Positions 26,803 to 37,354 of a stretch of DNA of 64,000 nucleotides are shown in pieces. Within the stretch, counting starts at the first letter, position 1. Each line of letters opens with the position of its first letter. Under the pieces are notes generated by a model. It saw only the letters and a list, made by a program, of their open reading frames with translations, did no database searches and was not told the DNA's origin. Source of the stretch: Clostridia bacterium (GTDB taxonomy: Bacteria; Bacillota; Clostridia; Oscillospirales; Acutalibacteraceae); assembly GCA_017472225.1 (NCBI GenBank), contig JAFUQS010000062.1:10825-74824 (forward strand), read 5' to 3'. Made by a program: the position numbers and the translations under genes.

Positions 26803-29800
26803 TCATTTTCTCACAACAACATTTTCTTCACCGAGAATATACCTCAATTCTTCAACCATCGGTTCATTATAAGAAACATGACCGGCTTTCTTATAAACCT
26901 TACTGTCAGTATAGTAATAATAAATCGGAAATGTTCCGGGGAAAATATCGCAAAGCAGCTTGATTTTACGGTCTGCAGCCTGATTTTCGCTTGAAAGACG
27001 AAGAAAAATTCCCGATCTTTGCTTTTTTTGCGGTTCTTTATTTTTTTCTTCTTTATATATATTTGACGGATTCGGCTCAATTGTTTCACAAATAACAGAA
27101 GGCTCTCTGTCTTCTCTCATGCTTAGCCTTCCCCGGATAAGAACGATGTTCCCCGGCTGAAGCAACATTGCTCTGTCGGCAAAAAGCCGTGAAAAAACAA
27201 GGCATTCGATTGAAGATGAAATATCTTCAATTTCAACAAAGCACATTGTTGAATTATTCTTGGTTGTTTTCTTTTCGAGCCTTGAAATTATGCCCATTAT
27301 TTTAACCTTGGAATTATCCTTGAATTTTGAACCGAAGGAACCATCACTTTCAATTATATCCGCAATTTTATCTGCTTTAATTTTTTCGGAAAGCTCCTTA
27401 TATTCATCCATCGGATGACCCGAAATGTAAAGTCCTGTTATATCCTTTTCAAAGCGCAGAAGCTCATTATAGGGCATTTCCTCAAGCTCGGGAGCAGAAA
27501 TTGAATTCATATGAGAAAACTCAGAACCTTCATCAAAAAAGCCTATCTGCCCGATTACATTTCTGTTTTTATCCGCTTCCAATTCACCGACAATAATGGG
27601 AAGCATATACAGCATTTGACGGCGATTCAGATCAAGTCCGTCAACAGCACCGCATTTAATAAGACTTTCCACAGCTCTTTTATTGAAATCTTTTCCGTAA
27701 ACCCGTTTGCAGAATGAATAAAACGAGGTATATTTTCCGCCCTGTTCACGGTTGTCAATAATGGTTTTAATAAATCCCCTGCCGAGATTTTTTATTGCAA
27801 GAAGACCGAATCTGATGGCTCCGTTTTTTACGGTGAAGCCTTCAAAGCTGCTGTTTATGTTTGGTGAGAGAACCTTGATTCCAAGCCTTGTACATTCAGC
27901 AATATATGTTGAAACCTTGGCTGATGAATCAAGAACACTTGTGAGAGTAGCCGCAAGAAGCTCACACGGATAATGAGCCTTCAGATAAGCTGTCTGATAG
28001 GAAACATAAGCATAAGCTGCTGCATGAGATTTATTGAAGGCATACTTTGCAAAGTTGGACATTTCATCAAAAATAGCGTTGGCAGTTTCAACACTGACAC
28101 CATTTTTTACAGCTCCGCAAACACTTCCGTCCGGTAAACCATTTATGAAAATCTGTCTTTCTTTTTCCATAACATCGATTTTCTTTTTGCTCATAGCCCG
28201 TCGCACAAGGTCGGCTCTGCCGTAAGAATAACCGGCAAGCTTACGGCATATTTCCATAACCTGCTCCTGATAAACCATACAACCGTAGGTAACATCAAGA
28301 ATATCTTTAAGAAGCTCAGATTTATATCTGGTATCCTGAGGATTGTGTCTGTTGTGAATATAAGTATCAATTGAATCGGCCGGGCCGGGACGGTAAAGTG
28401 AAATAACCGCTATAAGATCCTCAAGGCTCTGAGGCTTAAGACGGGAAAGCACACTTCTCATGCCTGCAGATTCATACTGAAAAACGGCATCTGTTCTGCC
28501 TTGTGAAAGCATTTCAAAGGTTTCTTCGTCTTTATAATCTATTTCATTTAAATCAAAATCGGGATTTGTTCTTTTTATCATCTTAACGGCATCATCAATA
28601 ACCGTTAAGGTGCGAAGACCGAGAAAGTCCATTTTGAGAAGTCCGAGCTGCTCCAATGTAACCATTGTATACTGTGTAACAACACTTTCATCATTAACAG
28701 CAAGAGGTACATAGGCTGAAACCGGATCTCTTGTGATAACAACACCCGCAGCATGGGTTGAAGCATGACGGGGCATACCCTCGACTTGTTTAGCGATGTC
28801 AATAAGCTTTCTGACATCATCGTTTGAATTATAAAGTGTTTTTAGTTCGGCAGACTTCAGAGCCTTGTCGATTGTAATTTTCAACTCATTCGGTATAAGC
28901 TTGGCAACCTCGTCAACAGTGGCATAAGGAAGCCCCAAAACTCTGCCGACATCACGAATGGCAGCTCTTGCAGCCATTGTTCCGAAAGTAACAATCTGTG
29001 CAACATGGTCTGCACCGTATTTTGAAATAACGTAATCAATAACCTCCTGACGTCTGACATAACAAAAGTCGATATCAAAGTCAGGCATACTTACTCTTTC
29101 AGGATTAAGAAAACGCTCAAAAAGAAGATTGTATTCAATCGGGTCAATACCCGTTATACCGATACAGTAAGCCGCAAGAGAGCCGGCACCGGAGCCTCGT
29201 CCGGGTCCCACGGGAATATTTCTGCTTTTGGCATATCTGATGAAATCGTGGACAATAAGAAAATAATCCACATACCCCATTTTGTTTATAACTTCAAGCT
29301 CATAGTTCAATCTGTCAATATAATTCTGAGGAGGATTATCCCCTTTGTGTACAGAAAGGCCGTAAAAGCATTGATTTTTGAAGTATTCGAAGTGGTCCAT
29401 GTTGTTCGGCACTTCAAAATGCGGAAGCTTTGTGTTGCCGAATTCAAATTCAACATTACACATATCAGCGATTTTTTGTGTATTGGAAACAGCCTCGGGA
29501 ATATCAGAAAAAAGCTCAAGCATTTCTTCTTCACTTTTAACATAGAATTCATCTGTACTGAATTCAAGTCCCGTGCTCTCGCCAAGAACATGGTTTGTCT
29601 GGATGCATATAAGCACCTGCTGAACAGATGAATCCTCTTTTTTGAGATAATGGGCATCATTAGTGGCAACAAGCGGAATATCTGTTTCCTTTGAAAGGCG
29701 CACTAAATCAGGCATAATTTCAAGCTGTTCACGAAGCCCGTGATTCTGCACTTCAATAAAATACTTTCCTTGACCGAATAAATCACGATACCAAACGGCT

Positions 29801-30270
29801 GTTTGTTTAGCTCCTTCATAGTCGCCCCTCATAAGAGCCTGAGGAATTTCACCCGCAAGGCAACCTGAAAGGGCAATAAGCCCTTCATGATGCTTCTCCA
29901 GAAGCTCACGGTCAATTCTCGGCTTGGTGTAAAAGCCTTCTGTCCATGCTTTGCTGACCATTGCAATCAGGTTTTGATAACCGGTATTGTTTTCACAAAG
30001 AAGGACAAGATGATATCTTTCATTGTCGAAGCCGTGTACCTTATCATGTCTTGTGCGTTGTGCAACATAACACTCACAGCCGATTATAGGCTTCACACCC
30101 TTTTCCTTTGCTGCCTTATAAAAATCCACAGCGCCGTACATCACTCCATGGTCGGTAATCGCAACCGAATTCTGACCAAGCTCAAGCACTCTGTCCATAA
30201 GCCTGTTTATTCTGCAAGCGCCGTCAAGAAGGCTGTACTCTGTATGAAGATGCAGATGTGTGAAGGACAT
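26803..30270 (-). CDS. dnaE: DNA polymerase III alpha subunit (DnaE type)
   Basis: 1155 aa. PHP N-terminus FTHLHLHTEYSLLDG, palm PDFDIDF, C-terminal OB fold. Confidence 0.96.
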   Translation of the reverse strand: MSFTHLHLHTEYSLLDGACRINRLMDRVLELGQNSVAITDHGVMYGAVDFYKAAKEKGVKPIIGCECYVAQRTRHDKVHGFDNERYHLVLLCENNTGYQNLIAMVSKAWTEGFYTKPRIDRELLEKHHEGLIALSGCLAGEIPQALMRGDYEGAKQTAVWYRDLFGQGKYFIEVQNHGLREQLEIMPDLVRLSKETDIPLVATNDAHYLKKEDSSVQQVLICIQTNHVLGESTGLEFSTDEFYVKSEEEMLELFSDIPEAVSNTQKIADMCNVEFEFGNTKLPHFEVPNNMDHFEYFKNQCFYGLSVHKGDNPPQNYIDRLNYELEVINKMGYVDYFLIVHDFIRYAKSRNIPVGPGRGSGAGSLAAYCIGITGIDPIEYNLLFERFLNPERVSMPDFDIDFCYVRRQEVIDYVISKYGADHVAQIVTFGTMAARAAIRDVGRVLGLPYATVDEVAKLIPNELKITIDKALKSAELKTLYNSNDDVRKLIDIAKQVEGMPRHASTHAAGVVITRDPVSAYVPLAVNDESVVTQYTMVTLEQLGLLKMDFLGLRTLTVIDDAVKMIKRTNPDFDLNEIDYKDEETFEMLSQGRTDAVFQYESAGMRSVLSRLKPQSLEDLIAVISLYRPGPADSIDTYIHNRHNPQDTRYKSELLKDILDVTYGCMVYQEQVMEICRKLAGYSYGRADLVRRAMSKKKIDVMEKERQIFINGLPDGSVCGAVKNGVSVETANAIFDEMSNFAKYAFNKSHAAAYAYVSYQTAYLKAHYPCELLAATLTSVLDSSAKVSTYIAECTRLGIKVLSPNINSSFEGFTVKNGAIRFGLLAIKNLGRGFIKTIIDNREQGGKYTSFYSFCKRVYGKDFNKRAVESLIKCGAVDGLDLNRRQMLYMLPIIVGELEADKNRNVIGQIGFFDEGSEFSHMNSISAPELEEMPYNELLRFEKDITGLYISGHPMDEYKELSEKIKADKIADIIESDGSFGSKFKDNSKVKIMGIISRLEKKTTKNNSTMCFVEIEDISSSIECLVFSRLFADRAMLLQPGNIVLIRGRLSMREDREPSVICETIEPNPSNIYKEEKNKEPQKKQRSGIFLRLSSENQAADRKIKLLCDIFPGTFPIYYYYTDSKVYKKAGHVSYNEPMVEELRYILGEENVVVRK

Positions 30271-30290
30271 ATCATCCCCTCCTTTTCTGA

Positions 30291-32039
30291 TTATTTCACT
30301 TTCAGCCTTTCGACCAATTCCTTATCGGGTTTAGTGATTATAGTCCAATACTCGTGATATATCACCATACCCGCCTTGCCGCCGTTAGGCTTTTTAAGTT
30401 GTTTTGCTCTTGTATAATCAACAGGCACAAGAGATGAATCTTTCGCCTTGCTGTGAAAAGCAGCGATAACTGCTGCCTGCTCGATAGAAAGGTCGGATAT
30501 TTCTTTCCCTTCACCAAAAATCACAACATGAGAGCCGGGAATTTTCTGTGTATGAAGCCACATATCGTTTTTTCCGGCAGTTTTAAGGGACAGCTTATCA
30601 TTCTGAAGGTTATTTCTGCCGACAAGGATTTTAAACCCGTCGTCACTTCTGAATTCAAGTGGCGGAAGCTCCTTAGGTGCTTTCTGCTTTTTTCCTTTTG
30701 TATTTTTGATATATCCACCATCAGACAGTTCCATTCTGATAGCTGAAATCTCACTGTCAGTATCCGCTCTTGAAAGCTCATAAAGAACAGATTCAAGATA
30801 AACGATTTCATCCTCGCCGTTCCTGATTAAATCAACAAGCAGTTTTTCTGCCGTCTGAGCCTTGCGGTATTCTTTGTAATACTTTTTCTGATTTTCCTGC
30901 GGGGACAAAGCCGGGCTGCAAGGAATTCTGATTAAATTACAATTATCGTAATAGTTTTCTACTTCGTAATAAGATACACCCTTTTGCAGACGGTGCATAT
31001 TTGCAACAATGAGTTCACCGTAAAGCCTAAGTTGATCTTTGTCTTCGCAGCGCTTCAGTTCTTCCCTTTGTATGGCGATTTTTCTTGCCGTTCTTTCAAT
31101 AAGATTGTTAAGCAGCTTTATAAGCTCATGACCTCTGTGGTTTATTCTGTTGATTCTATCACGCTCGAAATAGAAATCGTCGAGCAATTCGGAGCAACTG
31201 TTATATTCCTTAAGATTAAGCTTATCGCCGTATTGCTTTATGGGACAATGGGACAAATCCCTCGGTTTACCGTTTTCTTCAGCAATAACATAAACCTGTG
31301 AAACAGTATCAAGATTTTTCTGAATTGCGCCCAATTCACCTTTCAGAATATCCACCTGAATCGGATTCAGTGAGCTTACAAAAACATCCTCAAACGCCGT
31401 TCTGTGAGCAATTTCACGGCTGACTACAGGTGAAACACCCTGAACCGTATTCATGATTGCCGAGGAAAGATACTTATCCTTCTGGCAGAGTATCCGTTCC
31501 ATAACCTCATCTGTTTTTGCGCTCTCAAGGCTCAATTTATCCTGCTTTGGCGGAAGCTTATATTCGAGTCCGGGCAAAATCTGTCTGACAGAAGATGTAG
31601 TGTAGTCAACTCTTTTAATTGAATCAATGATTTTTCCTGCTGAAATCAGTATAAGATTTGAATATTTACCCATGATTTCCAGGCAAATCGAAAGCTCAAT
31701 TCTGTCGCCGATTTCATTCGTTGCATCAAAGTCAACAAACAGAATTCTATCCGTTTCAAACTGCCTTACATCCTTAATCAAAGCTCCCTGAAGATACTTT
31801 CGCATAAGCATACAGAACATGGGAGGAACAGGAGGATTATCAATGTTGTGAGTTGTGAAATGCACTCTCGGACTATCAGCACGGACACATAAAAGAAGCT
31901 TCTTTGTCACGCTTCTGCCCCTGAGATTCAAGACAATTTCGTCCTTTGTGGGCTGATTGACTCTGTCAACACGAAGTCCGACAGCCTCATTCAAAAGCTC
32001 TGTTCTGACTTTTCTTAAAAAAATACCATCTAATGCCAT
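30291..32039 (-). CDS. rqcH: NFACT-family ribosome quality control protein (RqcH / FbpA-like)
   Basis: 582 aa. MALDGIFLRKV..., PPMFCMLMRKYL, EIMGKYSNLIL, and a C-terminal DUF814-like region WLHTQKIPGSHVVI. Confidence 0.88.
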   Translation of the reverse strand: MALDGIFLRKVRTELLNEAVGLRVDRVNQPTKDEIVLNLRGRSVTKKLLLCVRADSPRVHFTTHNIDNPPVPPMFCMLMRKYLQGALIKDVRQFETDRILFVDFDATNEIGDRIELSICLEIMGKYSNLILISAGKIIDSIKRVDYTTSSVRQILPGLEYKLPPKQDKLSLESAKTDEVMERILCQKDKYLSSAIMNTVQGVSPVVSREIAHRTAFEDVFVSSLNPIQVDILKGELGAIQKNLDTVSQVYVIAEENGKPRDLSHCPIKQYGDKLNLKEYNSCSELLDDFYFERDRINRINHRGHELIKLLNNLIERTARKIAIQREELKRCEDKDQLRLYGELIVANMHRLQKGVSYYEVENYYDNCNLIRIPCSPALSPQENQKKYYKEYRKAQTAEKLLVDLIRNGEDEIVYLESVLYELSRADTDSEISAIRMELSDGGYIKNTKGKKQKAPKELPPLEFRSDDGFKILVGRNNLQNDKLSLKTAGKNDMWLHTQKIPGSHVVIFGEGKEISDLSIEQAAVIAAFHSKAKDSSLVPVDYTRAKQLKKPNGGKAGMVIYHEYWTIITKPDKELVERLKVK

Positions 32040-32048
32040 AGTACACCT

Positions 32049-32810
32049 TTAACCAACAAAATTAACCGGATTTGACTGCTTTAAAACGATACAATAAAGC
32101 TCAGGAAATTCTTTTTTTATCATACCCATCAGTCTGCCCATTGAGGGTACCTCTGTTTCAAAATGACCTGCAGCAATAACCGTAATACCTCTTTCCTTTG
32201 CTTCAAGCATCTCATGATGGCTGATATCTCCCGTTACATAAGCATCGGCGCCCGAATTTATTACATCGTTCAGAAAGCTCATTCCGGCACCACCGCATAC
32301 TGCGACCTTTTTGATTGTGTTTCCGCAGTCAACCACCCTGCAAACGGTGTGAAGCTTTTCACTGACTTTTTTTGCAAATTCAAGAGAAGATACAGCTTCG
32401 ATGTCTCCCATCCGTACCATCGGAATCTGACATTCAGAGGAAGGTACACCAACAGGATTTTTTATTTCAAGAATTTCACAAAGAACATCATTGACTCCAC
32501 CGGCAGCACAGTCAAAGCAAGTATGAGCTGAAATTGCGCTTATACCACTCAAAGCAAGTTCATAAGCGGGATTACCCTTCAGAAAATTCTTCTGAGCCTT
32601 AAAAATTATCGGATGGTGAGTGATTATTAAATCAGCACCGACTTCTTTTGCCTGACTTAAAGTTTCTGTTGTCAGATCAAGGCAAAAAGCAACCTTATTC
32701 ACCTTTTTCTCGTTGTCACCGACAAGCACCCCGCAATTATCCCATTCGCTTTTTGTGTGGTAAGGCGCAATTTTATCTATATAATCGGAAATTGTTTTAA
32801 CGGTAATCAT
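32049..32810 (-). CDS. Nif3-like dinuclear metal centre protein (YqfO family)
   Basis: 253 aa. WDNCGVLVG, IITHHPIIF, GHFETE. Overlaps the trmK stop, as in the Bacillus yqfN-yqfO pair. Confidence 0.85.
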   Translation of the reverse strand: MITVKTISDYIDKIAPYHTKSEWDNCGVLVGDNEKKVNKVAFCLDLTTETLSQAKEVGADLIITHHPIIFKAQKNFLKGNPAYELALSGISAISAHTCFDCAAGGVNDVLCEILEIKNPVGVPSSECQIPMVRMGDIEAVSSLEFAKKVSEKLHTVCRVVDCGNTIKKVAVCGGAGMSFLNDVINSGADAYVTGDISHHEMLEAKERGITVIAAGHFETEVPSMGRLMGMIKKEFPELYCIVLKQSNPVNFVG

Positions 32811-33499
32811 CCATATACCTCCGTTACTTTCATTTTTATTTCGTCTATCAGCTTTTCTAAAAACTCCATATCTTCAACGCCCGCACTTTTTTGCGCAGCA
32901 AGCTTCTTTTCAAGAGTAAAAATAAGCTTATCTATGTATTTACGGGTTATTTCATCCCTGTTTTCGAGCAGCTCGCCCAAATAGTAATATGACTCGGGCA
33001 TATTATATTTTTCGCCTGTATATACTGCAGATAAAGCAACATAGAATCTTTTTCCGTCTGTTGCAGTTTTTTCTTTTCTAATTCTGAAACCGTTTTCACA
33101 AAAAAAACGACGCAAAACCTCGGCATGTGTCATTGGCTGAGCAATTATATTGATTTTTTCGTTATATACCCACTTTGCCTTTTCGATGATTTCGGAAATA
33201 AGAATTCCACCCATTCCCGCCATAACTATATCATCAGCCGAATTTTCAGGAACATTCTGCAAACCGTCAGACAAAATCAGCTCAACTTTATCAGAAATAC
33301 CACAATCAATAACAGTCTGCCGTGCATTATCCAAAGGGCCTTTTCTTAAATCGGCAGCTATACCTTCAGGACAAATATTGTTTTGTATCAGATAACATAA
33401 AAGATACGCATGATCCGTGCCGATATCGGCAGTAACACTCCCCTCACGGACAAGAGAAGCAACCATCGAAAGCCGGGAATCAAGTTTAATTCTGCTCAT
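32807..33499 (-). CDS. trmK: tRNA (adenine22-N1)-methyltransferase
   Basis: IKLDSRLSMVASLV, ADIGTDHAYL, AGMGG. ATG 33499 follows SD GGAGG by 5 nt, whereas the track start 33517 lies upstream of the SD. Confidence 0.85.
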   Translation of the reverse strand: MSRIKLDSRLSMVASLVREGSVTADIGTDHAYLLCYLIQNNICPEGIAADLRKGPLDNARQTVIDCGISDKVELILSDGLQNVPENSADDIVMAGMGGILISEIIEKAKWVYNEKINIIAQPMTHAEVLRRFFCENGFRIRKEKTATDGKRFYVALSAVYTGEKYNMPESYYYLGELLENRDEITRKYIDKLIFTLEKKLAAQKSAGVEDMEFLEKLIDEIKMKVTEVYG

Positions 33500-33520
33500 T
33501 ATTACCTCCGGGAACAAACA

Positions 33521-33543
33521 GAGCCACCCGAAAAAGGTGGCTC
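33521..33543 (-). terminator. Stem-loop terminator
   Basis: GAGCCACC-CGAAAAA-GGTGGCTC. Confidence 0.6.
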
Positions 33544-33556
33544 AAGTTGAAAAGCT

Positions 33557-33760
33557 TTATTTCGAAGCAAGATATTCGTTGATTCTCGCAACAAGAGCAT
33601 CCACACTTACACCGTGAACGGCGCAGGCTTCTTCAACACTTTCGCCTCTTGAAGCAGGGCAACCGAGACAATGCATACCCATTTCAAAAAAGAACATTGC
33701 AGTGCCGGGCTCTTTATCAAGAATATCACCGATGAGCATATCTTTTGTGATTTCTTTCAT
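33557..33760 (-). CDS. DUF1858 / hybrid-cluster-associated redox disulfide domain protein
   Basis: 67 aa. MHCLGCPAS motif and overall size. Confidence 0.6.
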   Translation of the reverse strand: MKEITKDMLIGDILDKEPGTAMFFFEMGMHCLGCPASRGESVEEACAVHGVSVDALVARINEYLASK

Positions 33761-33783
33761 TGTAATGACCTACCTTTTTAATT

Positions 33784-34740
33784 TTATTTACCAAGCTTAT
33801 GCTTTAACTCAACAGCAGCTTTTGCTTTTTTAACAATATTTTCCGCATCCAAACCGTAAATCTTAAGAAGCTCCAGAGCAGGACCCGATTTACCGAATGT
33901 GTCATTCACACCAAGGCGGATAACAGGAACGGGATATTCTTCAGCAAGAGCTTCTGCAACTGCTCCGCCAAGACCACCGATTATGCTGTGTTCCTCTGCT
34001 GTAACAATGGCACCTGTTTCCTTTGCTGCCTTAACAAGAATATCTTTATCAATAGGCTTGATTGTGTGGATATTGATAACACGGGCATCAATGCCTTCCG
34101 CTTTGAGTGACTCGGCAGCAATAAGAGCTTCGTTCACCATAAGACCCGAAGCAACGATGGTAACATCGTTACCTGCCTTGAGTTCAACACCCTTGCCAAG
34201 CTCAAATTTATAATCCTCTGCATTTACACGGGGAACGGCAAGTCTGCCGAATCTCATATAAACAGGTCCTTCATGTTCTGCAGCCGCAATAACTGCCTGT
34301 TTTGCTTCAACATCATCAGCGGGATTGATGATCACCATATTGGGAATTGAGCGCATGAGCGCAATATCTTCACAGCACTGATGACTCGCACCGTCTTCTC
34401 CGACAGAAATACCGGCGTGTGTTGCACCGATTTTAACATTGAGATTAGGATAAGCAATTGAGTTTCTTACCTGCTCAAAAGCTCTGCCGGCTGCAAACAT
34501 TGCAAAGGAAGAAGCAAAAACAGTATAGCCTGTGGTGGCAAGACCGGCAGCAACACCCATCATATTGCCTTCTGCAATACCGCAGTCAATAAACTTATCG
34601 GGAAATTCCTTTTTGAAAGTGATTGTTTTGGTAGCCTTTGCAAGGTCAGCATCAAGAACAAGAATATCATCTCTTGAGCCAAGCTCCTTCAAAGCGGCAC
34701 CATAAGCGTCTCTTGTTGCACATTTAATTACATCAGCCAT
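33784..34740 (-). CDS. tkt: Transketolase, C-terminal (pyrimidine-binding) subunit
   Basis: 318 aa. CGIAEGNMMGVAAGLA, THAGISVGEDGASHQ. Confidence 0.93.
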   Translation of the reverse strand: MADVIKCATRDAYGAALKELGSRDDILVLDADLAKATKTITFKKEFPDKFIDCGIAEGNMMGVAAGLATTGYTVFASSFAMFAAGRAFEQVRNSIAYPNLNVKIGATHAGISVGEDGASHQCCEDIALMRSIPNMVIINPADDVEAKQAVIAAAEHEGPVYMRFGRLAVPRVNAEDYKFELGKGVELKAGNDVTIVASGLMVNEALIAAESLKAEGIDARVINIHTIKPIDKDILVKAAKETGAIVTAEEHSIIGGLGGAVAEALAEEYPVPVIRLGVNDTFGKSGPALELLKIYGLDAENIVKKAKAAVELKHKLGK

Positions 34741-34743
34741 CTT

Positions 34744-35586
34744 TTACACCTCCAGCTCTGCCATTGCGGCATCAAGTTCAGCCATAGCCTGTGCATACTG
34801 TTCAGCATTGGGAGCTGAACCATGCCAATCGCACTTATCTTCCATGAATGATACACCCTTACCCTTAGTTGTGTGGGCAACAATGCAGGTCGGCTTATCC
34901 TTACATTCGTCAGCCTTATTGAAAGCTTCTTCAATCTCTCTGAAGCAGTGTCCGTTAATTTCAATCACATTCCAATTGAAGGCTTCAAACTTTTCCTTGA
35001 TGGGATAAGGTGAATTAACCTCATCAAGTGAGCCGTCAATCTGAAGGTTGTTATAGTCAACAATTGCAACAAGATTATCAAGCTTGCGGTTACCGGCAAA
35101 CATTGCTGCCTCCCAGACCTGACCTTCTTCAATTTCACCGTCACCAAGAGGAACATAAACCTTAAAGCTTTTGCCCTGAAGCTTTCCGCCGAGAGCCATA
35201 CCGCAAGCGGCTGAAATACCCTGACCAAGTGAGCCTGTACTCATATCAACACCGGGAGTATATCTCATGCTTGGATGTCCCTGAAGGATTGAGTCGGGCT
35301 TTCTGAGTGTTTTGAGAAGCTCAACAGGGAAAAATCCTCTGTGTGCAAGTGCTGCATAAAGAGCAGGTGCAGTGTGTCCCTTTGAAAGAACAAATCTGTC
35401 TCTGTTTTCATCATCGGGATTTTTCGGGTCAACATTCATCTTTTCAAAGTAAAGATAAGTGACAATGTCAGCGATTGAAAGTGATCCGCCCGGATGACCT
35501 GATTTGGCATTGAATGTACCTTCGATTACACCCTTGCGCACATTAACCGCTATTTTTTTAAGTTCTTTCTTTCTGTTTTCGTCCAT
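34744..35586 (-). CDS. tkt: Transketolase, N-terminal (TPP-binding) subunit
   Basis: 280 aa. SGHPGGSLS, SKGHTAPALYA, GDGEIEEG, DYNNLQIDG. Confidence 0.93.
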   Translation of the reverse strand: MDENRKKELKKIAVNVRKGVIEGTFNAKSGHPGGSLSIADIVTYLYFEKMNVDPKNPDDENRDRFVLSKGHTAPALYAALAHRGFFPVELLKTLRKPDSILQGHPSMRYTPGVDMSTGSLGQGISAACGMALGGKLQGKSFKVYVPLGDGEIEEGQVWEAAMFAGNRKLDNLVAIVDYNNLQIDGSLDEVNSPYPIKEKFEAFNWNVIEINGHCFREIEEAFNKADECKDKPTCIVAHTTKGKGVSFMEDKCDWHGSAPNAEQYAQAMAELDAAMAELEV

Positions 35587-35597
35587 TGTAATCCTCC

Positions 35598-36437
35598 TTA
35601 TTTATTACCATAGTTTTGAATGATATATTCTATTAAGTCAGCAACCGCACCGTTATTACAGTGGCAGGTAACCAGCTTTGCAATCTTTTTCATGCCCTTT
35701 GGTGCCTGTCCGCAACAAGCCGGAAGACCGACCTGCCTGAGCATTTCATAATCATTGAAATAATCACCGATGGCGGCAGTATGTTCTTTTTCAACGCCTA
35801 AAATTTCAGCGAGCTTCAGAACAGCCTTACCCTTGTTTGTATCCTCGTTAACCATTTCATAGCTGCACACTGAAGAAAACATCAGGTTTTCGGTTGTGTT
35901 TGACATACTTTCAATAAATCTGCTTACAAGCTTAAGCTCAGAAGGAAAGCCTGTAAAAATAACCTTGTACCAATTATCTTTTGGCATTTTTTCGAAATTA
36001 TAATAATATTTTACGGGCAATCTTGCATTTATTGCAAGAATTCTTGAAGCAACCGTAGGTCTGAAAATCAGAACTGCCTTATCGGTTATCACCTGAAAAG
36101 CAAGATAGGGATATTTCTTTGCAGTCTTTCTTACCATGTCAATGCAGTGCTCATTAAGAGGACTTGACCAAACCATTTTTTCCTCTGCAAAGTCATAAAT
36201 GCCTGCACCGTTGATTACAATTGCCTTGCCGTCTGCGATATCAAGCCTTTTAAAATGCTTACGCATAGATTCAGGTGCTCTGCCTGAAGCAAGGGTAAAG
36301 TTTCCGCCGTATTCATCAATAAATTTATGAACGGCGTCATAATTGCGCTGAACTAATTGTCTTCTCTTGTTATTGATTGTACCGTCAATATCAGAAGCAA
36401 TAAGCCAACCGGATAGTGTATTTCCGTTTTTTACCAT
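35598..36437 (-). CDS. Cof-type HAD-IIB phosphatase
   Basis: 279 aa. Motif I SDIDGT, motif IV GDYFNDYEM. Confidence 0.8.
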   Translation of the reverse strand: MVKNGNTLSGWLIASDIDGTINNKRRQLVQRNYDAVHKFIDEYGGNFTLASGRAPESMRKHFKRLDIADGKAIVINGAGIYDFAEEKMVWSSPLNEHCIDMVRKTAKKYPYLAFQVITDKAVLIFRPTVASRILAINARLPVKYYYNFEKMPKDNWYKVIFTGFPSELKLVSRFIESMSNTTENLMFSSVCSYEMVNEDTNKGKAVLKLAEILGVEKEHTAAIGDYFNDYEMLRQVGLPACCGQAPKGMKKIAKLVTCHCNNGAVADLIEYIIQNYGNK

Positions 36438-37354
36438 TATTTTTTTATCCTCCTTAGGAAATCTGTGAAGTAATCGGGAAGCTCACTCTGAATCTCCACA
36501 TACTTTCCTGTTCGTGGGTGTTTAAAACCAATTAAGCCGGCATGAAGGCATTGTCCGTTAAGATTTTCAATTACCTTGCGAGGACCATATACAGGATCCC
36601 CGGCAACCGGATGACCGATATATGACATATGCACTCTAATCTGATGAGTTCTCCCCGTTTCAAGCTTAAGTCCGAGGTGCGTAAAATTGTCATATTCATC
36701 AATTACTTTATAGTGAGTGATTGCATTTTTTGAATTTTTTGTTGTTACGGTCATTTTCTTTCTGTCAACCGTATGTCTGCCAATAGGAGCATCAACCGTG
36801 CCCTCGGCTGTTTTGAATTTACCGTAAACCACACTCTGATACTCTCTCGAAAAAGAGTGAGCCTTTATCTGGTCTGCAAGTGAAATATGAGCAAAATCGT
36901 TTTTTGCCACGATAAGCAGACCGCTTGTATCCTTATCTATACGATGTACAATTCCCGGACGAATTATACCGTTAATTCCTGAAAGACTGTCCTTACAATG
37001 AAACAGCAAAGCGTTAACAAGTGTTCCGTCATAATTTCCTGCAGCAGGATGTACAACCATCCCCTTTTGCTTATTCACAACAAGCAAATCGTCATCTTCA
37101 TATCTGATATCAAGAGGTATGTTCTCTGCTTTAATTTCCAAGTCTTTCGGCTTCGGTATTACAACGGTAATTTTGTCGCCTGATTTGACTTTATAATTTT
37201 TAGTTATTATAAGTGTGTTTACCGAAACATTACCATCATCAATAAGCTTTTGCGCCGCAGAGCGTGAAGAAAGTCCACACTTCTGAAATATCACCTTATC
37301 TATTCTTTCGCCGTTCAGTTCTTCATCTGCAGTGATTATATGTGCATCAACCAT
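36437..37354 (-). CDS. rluD: RluA-family 23S rRNA pseudouridine synthase (RluD-like)
   Basis: 305 aa. S4 domain, HRIDKDTSGLL, GRTHQIRVH. 1 nt TAATG overlap with the next gene. Confidence 0.9.
   Translation of the reverse strand: MVDAHIITADEELNGERIDKVIFQKCGLSSRSAAQKLIDDGNVSVNTLIITKNYKVKSGDKITVVIPKPKDLEIKAENIPLDIRYEDDDLLVVNKQKGMVVHPAAGNYDGTLVNALLFHCKDSLSGINGIIRPGIVHRIDKDTSGLLIVAKNDFAHISLADQIKAHSFSREYQSVVYGKFKTAEGTVDAPIGRHTVDRKKMTVTTKNSKNAITHYKVIDEYDNFTHLGLKLETGRTHQIRVHMSYIGHPVAGDPVYGPRKVIENLNGQCLHAGLIGFKHPRTGKYVEIQSELPDYFTDFLRRIKK

Noticed and set aside
33784-35586. Split transketolase as a possible disrupted gene or pseudogene
   Set aside because: The two-gene N-terminal/C-terminal organisation, with a 3 nt gap and an SD for the second ORF, is a common functional arrangement in Clostridia and archaea. 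Both halves are intact.
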